Source: a virus (Duplodnaviria > Caudoviricetes). From it: a stretch of 54,079 nucleotides of DNA. Of this stretch, positions 44,412-54,079 are shown piece by piece (the first letter of the stretch is position 1; each line of letters opens with the position of its first letter). The position numbers and the translations under genes are program-made. The notes under the pieces are model-generated. The model was not told the origin of the DNA. It worked only from the letters and a program-made list of their open reading frames with translations, and did not search any database. Location of the stretch: positions 1 to 54,079 of the IMG/VR virus record IMGVR_UViG_3300027734_000092. The stretch is one strand, 5' to 3'.

Positions 44412-46168
44412 TGACAACAGCTACAATACTTTATATCAATACAGGTACATCTGCTAATAAAGGAGACGGTGATAGCCTTCGATTAGCCTTCCATAAGGTT
44501 AATAAGAATTTTGAATTATTAGGAATTACTACCGGTTTTGATACTAACGCAGTAAAAGACTCAGTTGCTGAAATCTTCACCCAATCTACTCATTACGGAA
44601 TTGGATACATTTACAATACCAGTTCTCATGTTATCGTTAGTTCTTTGCTAACTGCTACTTCGACTCGAGTAGGCGGGATTAAACCTGGTGCAGGAATATC
44701 AATCACTGCCGATGGTACAATTAGTGCGGCAACAGCTTATGTATTACCGACAGCGACTAACGTAGTACTAGGTGGCATTCGAGTTGGCGTTGCATTGGCC
44801 GCAGACCAATATGGTGTTCTAAACAATACAGGTGTTACTGGAATTCGTCCTAGTGTTAGCCAACCTTATAGAACTGGGCAAGTAACATTATCACAGTCTG
44901 ATATTGATTATGCGCTAGGATATCCTGCCGCAAATGCAAACTTAATTGGAGCACTAGGTGGTCTTGCTACTCTAGACGGTGCTGGAAAAGTTCCATTAAG
45001 TCAAATGAACGAAGCTGTGCTCGGTGGTTTAAATTTCCAGGGCACATGGAACGCAAGTTCAAATCTTCCGCAGATCCAAAGTAGCACAGGAACAAAAGGA
45101 TATTATTATAAAGTTAGTATAGCAGGCACAACAAACATTGACGGCATTAATGTTTGGAACGTTGGAGATTTAATTTTATACAACGGTACGTCATGGTTAA
45201 AGATTGACGGTACGACTACAGAAGTTTTAAGCGTTGCTGGAAGAACTGGCGAAGTTGTTCTTAGTTTTGCAGATATTAACGGAAATATTTCTCGATCAGC
45301 ATTCTCAGCAACAAGTACTGCAACTACCCTAGCATTGGGAACAATTAAACTTGGCACTGGCTTGGTTGGGCTAGGTGATGGAACAGTTAATGTATCAGAA
45401 GCACTATTGGGTACAGCACAACCGGCGACCACATCAACACTTGGTGTTATTAAAGTTGGCCCAGGATTGTTAGTCACCCTAGACGGAACATTAAGTGCGG
45501 TAGTTGGAAGCTCAGGAAATATTACATTATCGGGTAATGAGATTCAAACAATTGAATTAAACACAGACCTGGTACTTCGTCCTACTAGTGGAACAACACG
45601 TTTCTACAATACCTTGTTACACATGGGCGGAAACAACAACCTAGTGTTAAGAACTAACCAGTTCTTGAACGCAGGCCTAGCAACAGACTCAACTAATTTC
45701 AGTTTACGAATTGTAGGCGATAGTAACGCAGGCACAACATTATTTGATGCTGGAGTATATAACAGTCCAATTGCCACGACAGGGTGGACTAGTAAATTTA
45801 TTGTTAAGAAATCCGGTGATGCAACTCTTCAAGGTAACTTAGAAGTTAAAGGAGCAAACGGCATTAAGTTTAGTGACGGTACTGTTCAAACCACAGCGGC
45901 CGCCTTAACAACAGCAACATTTGCGAGTGTTGGTGGTATTATTGTTGGAAATGGTTTACAGATTGCCGGAGACGGAACATTAAGTACAGTCTTAGGAACA
46001 TCAGGCGGTCAGGTAACAGACCTAGGTCCAGGAACGATTAATGCTAGTACTGATACAGGAAATCCAGGTGAAGTACAATATGACGGATCGTATATGTATC
46101 TTTGTGTTGCTACAAACAAATGGATAAGAATACCAATTACAACGTCCGATGTACCGGGCGCTTGGTAA
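44411..46168 (+). CDS. Tail fibre/baseplate-associated structural protein
   Basis: IN.GT.AN.GDGDSLR.AF.KVN.NF N-terminus; AT...LG.IK.G.GL...DG repeats; YLC...N.W.R C-terminus. Confidence 0.75.
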   Translation: MTTATILYINTGTSANKGDGDSLRLAFHKVNKNFELLGITTGFDTNAVKDSVAEIFTQSTHYGIGYIYNTSSHVIVSSLLTATSTRVGGIKPGAGISITADGTISAATAYVLPTATNVVLGGIRVGVALAADQYGVLNNTGVTGIRPSVSQPYRTGQVTLSQSDIDYALGYPAANANLIGALGGLATLDGAGKVPLSQMNEAVLGGLNFQGTWNASSNLPQIQSSTGTKGYYYKVSIAGTTNIDGINVWNVGDLILYNGTSWLKIDGTTTEVLSVAGRTGEVVLSFADINGNISRSAFSATSTATTLALGTIKLGTGLVGLGDGTVNVSEALLGTAQPATTSTLGVIKVGPGLLVTLDGTLSAVVGSSGNITLSGNEIQTIELNTDLVLRPTSGTTRFYNTLLHMGGNNNLVLRTNQFLNAGLATDSTNFSLRIVGDSNAGTTLFDAGVYNSPIATTGWTSKFIVKKSGDATLQGNLEVKGANGIKFSDGTVQTTAAALTTATFASVGGIIVGNGLQIAGDGTLSTVLGTSGGQVTDLGPGTINASTDTGNPGEVQYDGSYMYLCVATNKWIRIPITTSDVPGAW

Positions 46169-46187
46169 TATAATTTAGGATAGAAAA

Positions 46188-49100
46188 ATGGGAATTAAAA
46201 TATCACAACTGCCAACACTTGCACTGGGTAACATCAGAGATGCCAACCAATTGCCGGTAGTTGATACTCAAACACTAGGTACTAAAAAAGTCACCGTCGG
46301 TGACATTAAAAACTATACTAGACAAGGTCTAAGTACTGTAGCTTTTAGCGGCAGTTACATTGACTTAGATAATATACCCACAACTTTTCCTATTGCAACA
46401 GCAACAGCAAATCAGTTAGGTGGCGTTAAAATTGGAGCATTTTTAACTGTTGATGTTAACGGAGTGCTAAGTGCAACTCCAGGTTTCTTAAACATTAACG
46501 TTGGTAACGTTCAGCTAAGTTCTGTTATTGGTTCCCTTAATCTTATCGGTGGTAATAACGTTACTATTGATGCTGATGATCAAACTAACACTATTGTTAT
46601 TAACAGTAGTGGTGGTGGTGGCGGAGGATCTGGAAATGTAGGCAAAGGGTCAACTGGATCTTTTGCTGTTTATTTTAATACCGCCACAGTCACTGGGACA
46701 AACATTACCACAGACGGTGATAGCATTGTACTACCCGGAGTAGTTACTGCTTCTGGTTTAATTGCTGATCGATTTACGACAACATCTATTGTTACGACAG
46801 TAGGTGACTTAGTATTGTCTCCGAACTCAAACGTAAGCGTAACAGGTAAGCGTATTGTAAACATGGCAAGCCCAGTTGGTTCCAATGATGCGGCCACTAA
46901 AGCATACGTAGATGCACAGTCAAGTCGTGCTTTTGGTAAGGTCGGTGTACCTGGCCAAAGTTTAGTACTAGCAACATCTGCTACTGATACTGTTAACTTT
47001 GCGGCTGGTAATAACGTTACCTTAACAACAAACCCTGCAACAAAAACACTTACAATCTCAGTTAATAACACATTAAGTTTTGCTCTATTGCCTGCTACAA
47101 CATCAAGTATTGGTGGTATCATTGTTGGTAGTGGATTAACAATCGATGGCAACGGTGTACTAGGTGCAACAGCCCAAGCATTAACATCTGCTACAACAGC
47201 TACCCTAGGTGGCATTATTATCGGTGACGGCCTTTCAATTGACGGAACTGGTAAAGTTAGTGCGGCACAGCAGTTCTCATTAAATTCTGCAACATCATCT
47301 GTACTAGGTGGTGTTAAAATTGGTTTTGGTTTAAGCATTGATAGTACCGGTGTATTGAGTGTTCCTACACAAGTACTAACAACAGCAACTAAGTTCTTAT
47401 TAGGTGGTGTAAAAATTGGTAACTCAATAGCGGCCGCAGTTGACGGTACTATTGATGTTAATGCCTCTGGTTTATCTCCGGCAACTACTTCTACACTAGG
47501 TGTAGTTAAACCAGGATACGGTTTAAGTGTTCGCCCAGATGGCTCTTTAGATCTAGGTGTTAACGGAAACTTTACAATTACAGGTAACCTAAGTGTTAAC
47601 GGCGTAATCAGTGCAACTAATATTTTTACAACCGGCACAGCAGTTACAATTATTTCAAGTGCAAACGATCTACAACTACGTGCCGTTGGCCAAGTTATTA
47701 CTAACACAACATTATATGTAAACACATCAACTCCTGCTTCGAGTACTTCAACAGGCGCTCTACAAGTATGGGGTGGTATAGGTATTGGTAAGAATATTAT
47801 TACCGGTGAAGCAAGTATTATCAACGGTGTTTTGATCAGCGGTTCACAAAACAGCGGCGGCACTTATAATATTGCTATCGGTAGTGGGGCACTAAACATT
47901 AACAACGGTGGCTCGTACCAAACAGCTATTGGATACAATGCACTACAAAATTCAAATTCAAATGAAAATACTGCACTTGGTTATAATGCAGGTAACGGTA
48001 TAACATCTGGATCAAAGAATACAGCAGTTGGTATTAGTGCGGCCAGCGGTATGGCTTCAGGTACTTTTAACTCTGTATTTGGTCATCAATCATATGTTGG
48101 TCAAGGTGCAAGTTCTTATAATACTGTATTTGGTAGTAATATTAATGCTTCATCACAACAGCCACAAAGCTATAATACATTCCTTGGATATAATATAGCA
48201 AACAACTCTACTAAGATTGGTTCGTATAACATTGCTATCGGTGGCAATAACTTACAAGCAACTACCGGAACTAGTAACATTGTTATTGGTTATGGTGCTG
48301 GTAGCGGATTAACGTCGGCAACTAACCAAGTTATCATTGGCGGCTACAGTGGCAACACTATTGCAACGCAAACAGGCTACATCAGTATTGCAGATGGTAT
48401 AGGTACCCTACGTGCTCAGTGGGATAACAAGGGCCAAGTAACAATCTTTAACACAGCCACATTCTATTCAACAGCAAATGCAAGTAATTCTACCAACAGC
48501 GGTGCAGTGATTGTAGCCGGCGGTATGGGTGTTGGTCTAGATATGTATGTTGGTGGTTCGTTATATGTTGCTGGATCACAGGTTGTTACACAGGCATACT
48601 TGGGAACTCCAATCGGTACTGCGGTAGCTGGTACAGATACCAAGGCAATTACAATTGGTAGTACGCTGTACATTTGGAATACTAGTACACTCCAGACAAT
48701 TACTGAAAGAGGTAATTCAACTAACAACCAAGTTTATATCAATAGTGCGGCAGGCAGTACAGGAACTACAACAGGTGCGTTGATTGTTGTTGGTTCGATT
48801 GCCACAGCACAGGATTTAAATGTTGGTTCAAAAGTTAATGCAGGCTCCGACAGTACTGCTAGTTCAACAGCTACTACTATTGGTCTGTTTGATCGAGGCC
48901 GTCGTGTACTAACAAAAGCAATTTTAATTGGTGACTTAGGCATAGAAGTAACAACAGCATCTAGCACCGCAACTGAAATAAGTTACAATATTAAGAATAC
49001 TGGAGTTAGATTAATTGACGCCGGCAATGACATTGACATTTTATCTAACGGTACTTCTGTAGTAGGCTCAGCAACTGGTACCGTTACAATTAGTGCAACA

Positions 49101-50075
49101 AGTAACTTTGATACTGTTACACGTCGAGGAGCAACAGCAGGAGTACCTGTAAAAATTCTTTCAACTAGTTCAGTGTCAACAAGTACTAATACCGGTGGAT
49201 TGGTAGTAACAGGTGGTATGGGTTTAACAGGTGCGTTAAACATTTTAGGTAGTATTACACTTAACGGTGCGGCATTGACTACAGCATCTGTGTTTAACGG
49301 TGGAACTATTACTGGTGCATTGTTTGTAAACAACGTAACTAACTCAACTAGTACTAGTATTGGTACTAGTGGTAACGGAGCTATCAGTACACCTGGCGGC
49401 GCAAGTATTGCTCAAGACTTAAACATCGGCGGCAGAATTTTTATTAACGGTGTAACGATCAGTACAAGCACTACCTTTAACGGTGGTAGTATTACTGGTC
49501 AAACTACAATTAATAATGCCACAACAGCAACAAGTACTACATCAGGTGCATTGCAAATTATCAACGGTGGCGTCGGAGTTGGACATAGAATATATTCCGG
49601 TGCTGGATTTTATCAGACAACAGCAACTGGTGCGGCACTAATTGGTTATGGACCTGTATTCTCAGCATCTTTGAGCTCTACACAATCTATTGCTTCGGGC
49701 GTAGCTCCTACCAAAGTTACCTTCCAAACAAAAGATTTTGATCCGGGCGGCTTATACGACACTGCGTCAAACTTTAGATTTACACCAAACGTTGCTGGAT
49801 ATTATCAAGTAAGTGCAAGTGTGCTTGCTGGTGGTGTATCAGCTACGGGTTTCTCAGCAATCGCATTGTATAAAAATAGTGCGGCACACAAAGCAGGTAA
49901 TAGAGTAGCAAATAACGCGGCCGCTGTTACTGTTCAAGTATCAGCTATAGTTCAAATGAATGGATCTTCAGATTTCCTAGAAGTATTTTATGCACAAACT
50001 ACTGGCGGCGCAATGACACTACCAGTTAGTTCAACAGCAACATATTTTACAGCTTCATACATACGAGGCATCTAA
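46188..50075 (+). CDS. Large tail-fibre-like protein
   Basis: KISQLP N-terminus; ~32-aa AT..LGG.KIG.GL.ID..G repeats; N.A.G beta-solenoid repeats; C1q-like C-terminus (FTP.VAGYY). Confidence 0.8.
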   Translation: MGIKISQLPTLALGNIRDANQLPVVDTQTLGTKKVTVGDIKNYTRQGLSTVAFSGSYIDLDNIPTTFPIATATANQLGGVKIGAFLTVDVNGVLSATPGFLNINVGNVQLSSVIGSLNLIGGNNVTIDADDQTNTIVINSSGGGGGGSGNVGKGSTGSFAVYFNTATVTGTNITTDGDSIVLPGVVTASGLIADRFTTTSIVTTVGDLVLSPNSNVSVTGKRIVNMASPVGSNDAATKAYVDAQSSRAFGKVGVPGQSLVLATSATDTVNFAAGNNVTLTTNPATKTLTISVNNTLSFALLPATTSSIGGIIVGSGLTIDGNGVLGATAQALTSATTATLGGIIIGDGLSIDGTGKVSAAQQFSLNSATSSVLGGVKIGFGLSIDSTGVLSVPTQVLTTATKFLLGGVKIGNSIAAAVDGTIDVNASGLSPATTSTLGVVKPGYGLSVRPDGSLDLGVNGNFTITGNLSVNGVISATNIFTTGTAVTIISSANDLQLRAVGQVITNTTLYVNTSTPASSTSTGALQVWGGIGIGKNIITGEASIINGVLISGSQNSGGTYNIAIGSGALNINNGGSYQTAIGYNALQNSNSNENTALGYNAGNGITSGSKNTAVGISAASGMASGTFNSVFGHQSYVGQGASSYNTVFGSNINASSQQPQSYNTFLGYNIANNSTKIGSYNIAIGGNNLQATTGTSNIVIGYGAGSGLTSATNQVIIGGYSGNTIATQTGYISIADGIGTLRAQWDNKGQVTIFNTATFYSTANASNSTNSGAVIVAGGMGVGLDMYVGGSLYVAGSQVVTQAYLGTPIGTAVAGTDTKAITIGSTLYIWNTSTLQTITERGNSTNNQVYINSAAGSTGTTTGALIVVGSIATAQDLNVGSKVNAGSDSTASSTATTIGLFDRGRRVLTKAILIGDLGIEVTTASSTATEISYNIKNTGVRLIDAGNDIDILSNGTSVVGSATGTVTISATSNFDTVTRRGATAGVPVKILSTSSVSTSTNTGGLVVTGGMGLTGALNILGSITLNGAALTTASVFNGGTITGALFVNNVTNSTSTSIGTSGNGAISTPGGASIAQDLNIGGRIFINGVTISTSTTFNGGSITGQTTINNATTATSTTSGALQIINGGVGVGHRIYSGAGFYQTTATGAALIGYGPVFSASLSSTQSIASGVAPTKVTFQTKDFDPGGLYDTASNFRFTPNVAGYYQVSASVLAGGVSATGFSAIALYKNSAAHKAGNRVANNAAAVTVQVSAIVQMNGSSDFLEVFYAQTTGGAMTLPVSSTATYFTASYIRGI

Positions 50076-50076
50076 T

Positions 50077-51645
50077 ATGAAGTACAGATATTACGTAGTT
50101 GTAAACGATCCGCAATTTAAGGTCGCAATACATAGCGAGCTAGTTAGCAACTACGGTAGTGAATTTATTCCTTCACGAAGAATTGTAGCTGACGATCCTA
50201 TGCATCAAAGTGAATACAATGGTGTATACCTGTTAACCAAAGAAGAAGCAGATCAGATAAGACAAGATCCTAGAGTATTAGATGTTGAAAGAGATCCTGA
50301 AGAGATTGGTATTATTTTAAAACCACACGCTATACAAACAGGAACATTTGTAAAATATCAAACGTCGTTAACTGCTACAGATTTAAATTGGAGTTTAGGA
50401 CGTAGTATAAGTCTAACTGAAAATTTTGGTTCAAGCAATACAGTTACTAACTTTACTTACAACTTAGATGGAGAAGGTGTTGACCTTGTAGTTATAGATA
50501 CTGGAATTATCAAGTACCATCCAGAGTTTGCAGAAAATACAGACGGCACTGGTGGAACTAGAGTTATCGATATAAATTGGGCCAGCTATGGAGTTATTTC
50601 TAGCAACGGAACAGGTAGTTGGGTAGGAGACTTAGACGGACATGGTACTTGCTGTGCAAGTATTGCGGCTGGTAACAAAAATGGTTGGGCTAAAAAAGCA
50701 AAAATATATGCATTTAATATATTAGATCCTGCACTAACTGACACATACGTTAGCCCATTACTTGCATTACAAACAATGCGTCTTTGGCACAACGCAAAAC
50801 CCGTTGACGCTAATACTGGATACAAACGCCCAACAGTCTGCACTAACAGTTGGGGATATGAAATACCATATGTCAATATGACTGCTACAGTATGGAGAGG
50901 TACTAGCTTTGCGGTATCTGGTCCTGCAAATGCCTACGGACAGGTAAACTCCAGCGGCGGTGCTCCAATAGCAGATGACCCCAGCACTACACACGGATAT
51001 AGAAGTCCAAGCATTGAAGCCGAAATTGCCAGCTGTATATCAGCGGGAATCGTTTTTACAGGGTCTGCAGGTAACCAAGCAATTAAAATGGATATACCCG
51101 GAGGGCAAGATTACGACAATCGCTATATTGATACTAATCAAACATCTTGGTACTATCATAGAGGATCAACTCCCGGTGCAACTGAGGGGGTTATATGTGT
51201 AGGTGCTACAAGTTATAGTTTGCCTGAACATAAGATAAGTTTTTCAAATACAGGACCGAGAGTGGACATTTTTTCTCCAGGGGCCGCAATAATGAGTGCG
51301 TATATAAATGGTAGCTACGGCGGACAAGCCGCAGTGGTTGACTCTCGAAGCGGAACTGTTAGCACATCAACAAATACTATATTTTATCTAAACAAGATAA
51401 GCGGCACAAGTCAAGCGTGTCCCCAGGTTGCAGGTATTGTTGCCTGTTTGTTGCAAAGTCGTCCGTGGTATAAACAATGGCAAGCACGTCAATGGATTGC
51501 AGACGTTGCCGCAGTAAATACACTTAACGAAACATTTTATGGTGGGTCGGGGTACACACAATTTGCCGGTATGCAAGGTGCCGCAAACAAACAGCTATAT
51601 CAGCCGTTTAACAATCAGTATCCGTGGTCAATCAGTAGCACTTAA
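50077..51645 (+). CDS. Subtilisin-like S8 serine protease
   Basis: IDTG, HGT, SAGN and GTSQACPQVAG catalytic motifs; N-terminal prodomain. Confidence 0.92.
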   Translation: MKYRYYVVVNDPQFKVAIHSELVSNYGSEFIPSRRIVADDPMHQSEYNGVYLLTKEEADQIRQDPRVLDVERDPEEIGIILKPHAIQTGTFVKYQTSLTATDLNWSLGRSISLTENFGSSNTVTNFTYNLDGEGVDLVVIDTGIIKYHPEFAENTDGTGGTRVIDINWASYGVISSNGTGSWVGDLDGHGTCCASIAAGNKNGWAKKAKIYAFNILDPALTDTYVSPLLALQTMRLWHNAKPVDANTGYKRPTVCTNSWGYEIPYVNMTATVWRGTSFAVSGPANAYGQVNSSGGAPIADDPSTTHGYRSPSIEAEIASCISAGIVFTGSAGNQAIKMDIPGGQDYDNRYIDTNQTSWYYHRGSTPGATEGVICVGATSYSLPEHKISFSNTGPRVDIFSPGAAIMSAYINGSYGGQAAVVDSRSGTVSTSTNTIFYLNKISGTSQACPQVAGIVACLLQSRPWYKQWQARQWIADVAAVNTLNETFYGGSGYTQFAGMQGAANKQLYQPFNNQYPWSISST

Positions 51646-51657
51646 TTTGGAATAAAC

Positions 51658-54079
51658 ATGCCAGCAATTAAATTCAGTCAACTCTCAACACTAAACACAC
51701 TTCAATCCGGTGCTATTATACCGGTAGTTTATAACGGAACCAATTACAAACTCACTGTCGATTTGTTAAAGGGATATGTAACTCCTGTTTGGTCCGAAGT
51801 AAGAAATAAACCCACTTTTGCTGAAATAGCTTTCAGCGGTGATTACGCAGTATTAGTAAACAAACCCACAATTCCAACAAAAGTCAGCCAATTAGAAGTT
51901 GACGTTGATTTAGGCGATACAGCAGTATGGACCAGCATTATTGGCAAACCAACTTTTGCCACTGTGGCCACAAGTGGCAGTTATGCTGACCTAATCAATA
52001 AACCAAATCTAGCAGTTTATGTAACTGCTACTGGGTTAACATCGATATTAAGTTCCTATACTACACAGACCTACGTTACTAGTCAAGGATACATTACAAC
52101 CAGTAGCCTAACTTGGAACAACATCACAGGTAAGCCCGCATTTGCCACAGTTTCTACAAGTGGCAGTTATACTCATTTAACTAATACACCGGTGCTTGCT
52201 ACGGTGGCTACTAGTGGCCGTTACGGCGACCTATCAGACAAGCCGTTAAACTTATCTAATTTTAACAATGACATTGGCGTGGGCGGCGGCGGAGTTAGTA
52301 CTGCTACTGTAACAGCCTTAATAGCAAATAGTCTAACCAACAATCTTGCCACAGTTGCAAGAACTGGCAACTGGACTGATGTTGTGAACAAGCCAGCATG
52401 GTTTAGTACAACTGCAACAGGGTACTTGTATAGCGATGGTACTGGCACATTGGGTTTCCAATCTGTCCAAGGCGGCGGTGGATTTGCCACAACAAGTACA
52501 CTGGTCAACGGCACATATACCGTGGCATTGTCTACAACAGGGCAGTTAACATTGCCTGGATCAATTACATCACTTGACGGGCAATCTGTGGTGATGTTTG
52601 CTTCCTCAGGAACAGCCGCGATTGTATCAAACTACAGCGGAGGCAATCAATTATTTGTACAAGATGACGGTGCCTATGTACAAACCAGCGAAGTGGTAAC
52701 AACCAATCATACTATAGGGTCAAATGGTTCTCAGTTTTATACTGATATAAATATCGGTGGTTTTGGAGTTATAGACGGCTGGCGTCAACGTAATCCACAG
52801 CAAATTGAAGTTAATATTTTTACAGCACAGGCTCCAATATGGAGTGTATTGATTGGTGCGAGTTTAGGAGCAACTGTTATTGTTACTTACTCAACACTAT
52901 CAGGAAACCAAACGTTTACCAGTGTATTGAGTCAGCAATTTACTGGACAAGGACAGTATGATCCAGGTCATGACTATGGACAAAGATATAGCGGTAGAAT
53001 AAATGGAACATTGCCTGCAGGACAAACTGGAATTGTTAGTATCAACTTCCCAACATATACAACTAATTACAATAATTGGACATTTAGTAACACAGGTACA
53101 TTAACAGTCCCTGGTGATATTGTACTGCCCTACGGAACTATCGGTAGCGGCACTGGAGATGGTATTAAACTGACCACCGACCGTGGCACAGTACTGTTTG
53201 GTAACAGTCCTGAAATCTGTGGTCCTACCGCCGGATCACATTTCCACATAATGCGTGATGACCCTACCACTGTAGATCTATTCTTTGGTGATGACCTTAA
53301 CTACGTCAAGTTACCCTATGATTCAACTTTGACCAACGTGGGTGTACAGATTGGTACAGATGTGACAAATCTTTGGAGTTTTGGCAAAGATGGTCTACTA
53401 ACATTACCAAGTGGCAATACTCGTATTGGTAGTTTTGACGGTGGTGGCTCCGATAGTATTTTAGCAAGCACTGGTACTATTTTTGGTATTATTGCTCAAG
53501 GCGCTATGGGAACCGCTGGGATACAATGGATAGAGGACATATCAAGTATAGGTTCGACAAGCACACGAACTGCGGGGATAACAGTTAACCCTTTCGGCGT
53601 AACTACTGGTACCGTTCAAATAGTAACAGGAGTAACTACTGGTACTGGTGTTAGCAACACCTGGACATTTGGCACTGATGGTAGTTTGGCATTCCCAACA
53701 GCAGGGGCAGAATGGCCTGTAACAGAATATTATGTTCCCACTCTTATCGGTAAAGATCAAATAAGTTTTGCCACATACAATGCTGAAAATAGCACAAGTT
53801 CATATGCCGTATCAACTCAGGCTAACAAAAGTTGGGAGGTATTTGCTGAAGATGATTCAACACAGTTCTCTGGATGGGCATGGTTAAAGGTAGACTTACC
53901 CACAATAGATACCCCAATCGTGTTTATTCAAAATAGGAAAGGCGTTGATGGCATTAACCATACTTGGACATTTGACGCCAATGGTAAACTAACCGTACCA
54001 GACGACATACAAGATGCCAACGGTTCTGTGATCCGCGTAGCAACCACAAGCACAGCACCTACAAGAGTAGATGGACAGT
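51658..54079 (+). CDS. Tail-fibre-like protein, truncated by window end (not in ORF track)
   Basis: MPAIKFSQL...; KP.FATVA.SG.Y.DL repeats then W.F...G.L..P repeats; no stop seen. Confidence 0.8.
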   Translation, partial: MPAIKFSQLSTLNTLQSGAIIPVVYNGTNYKLTVDLLKGYVTPVWSEVRNKPTFAEIAFSGDYAVLVNKPTIPTKVSQLEVDVDLGDTAVWTSIIGKPTFATVATSGSYADLINKPNLAVYVTATGLTSILSSYTTQTYVTSQGYITTSSLTWNNITGKPAFATVSTSGSYTHLTNTPVLATVATSGRYGDLSDKPLNLSNFNNDIGVGGGGVSTATVTALIANSLTNNLATVARTGNWTDVVNKPAWFSTTATGYLYSDGTGTLGFQSVQGGGGFATTSTLVNGTYTVALSTTGQLTLPGSITSLDGQSVVMFASSGTAAIVSNYSGGNQLFVQDDGAYVQTSEVVTTNHTIGSNGSQFYTDINIGGFGVIDGWRQRNPQQIEVNIFTAQAPIWSVLIGASLGATVIVTYSTLSGNQTFTSVLSQQFTGQGQYDPGHDYGQRYSGRINGTLPAGQTGIVSINFPTYTTNYNNWTFSNTGTLTVPGDIVLPYGTIGSGTGDGIKLTTDRGTVLFGNSPEICGPTAGSHFHIMRDDPTTVDLFFGDDLNYVKLPYDSTLTNVGVQIGTDVTNLWSFGKDGLLTLPSGNTRIGSFDGGGSDSILASTGTIFGIIAQGAMGTAGIQWIEDISSIGSTSTRTAGITVNPFGVTTGTVQIVTGVTTGTGVSNTWTFGTDGSLAFPTAGAEWPVTEYYVPTLIGKDQISFATYNAENSTSSYAVSTQANKSWEVFAEDDSTQFSGWAWLKVDLPTIDTPIVFIQNRKGVDGINHTWTFDANGKLTVPDDIQDANGSVIRVATTSTAPTRVDGQ

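Noticed and set aside
46670-49333. Long minus-strand ORFs (397 aa and others)
   Set aside because: Antisense shadows of the Gly/Thr-rich fibre gene, with no independent motifs or RBS.
1-54079. Alternative genetic code (stop-codon recoding)
   Set aside because: Long genes are intact under the standard code, and TAA, TAG and TGA all end plausible genes.

Overview
This window is from a large, probably lytic, tailed phage with T4-like late promoters. The iscA/iscU/erpA, infA and tRNA-Ile2 genes look proteobacterial, but the host cannot be fixed from sequence alone. (1) Positions 0.2-14 kb are a minus-strand block of small early genes. About 20 near-consensus sigma70 promoters with a shared leader drive them, and two recurrent palindromes sit upstream of many promoters. 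Inside this block is a ~1.2 kb island with no GA or GG dinucleotide on the + (template) strand, which is the most unusual signal in the window. (2) Positions 14-43.6 kb hold a tRNA and a dense iron-dependent modification region: 4 radical SAM enzymes, about 9 2OG-Fe(II)/TauD-type oxygenases, glycosyl-, methyl- and acetyltransferase-like genes, a QueC-like PP-loop enzyme, Fe-S assembly genes, DNA ligase and IF-1. Many of these genes have a TAAATA motif only 5-7 nt before the ATG. (3) Positions 44.4-54 kb hold large repeat-rich tail-fibre-like genes and a subtilisin-type protease. All counts and motif scans were done by eye and should be confirmed computationally.
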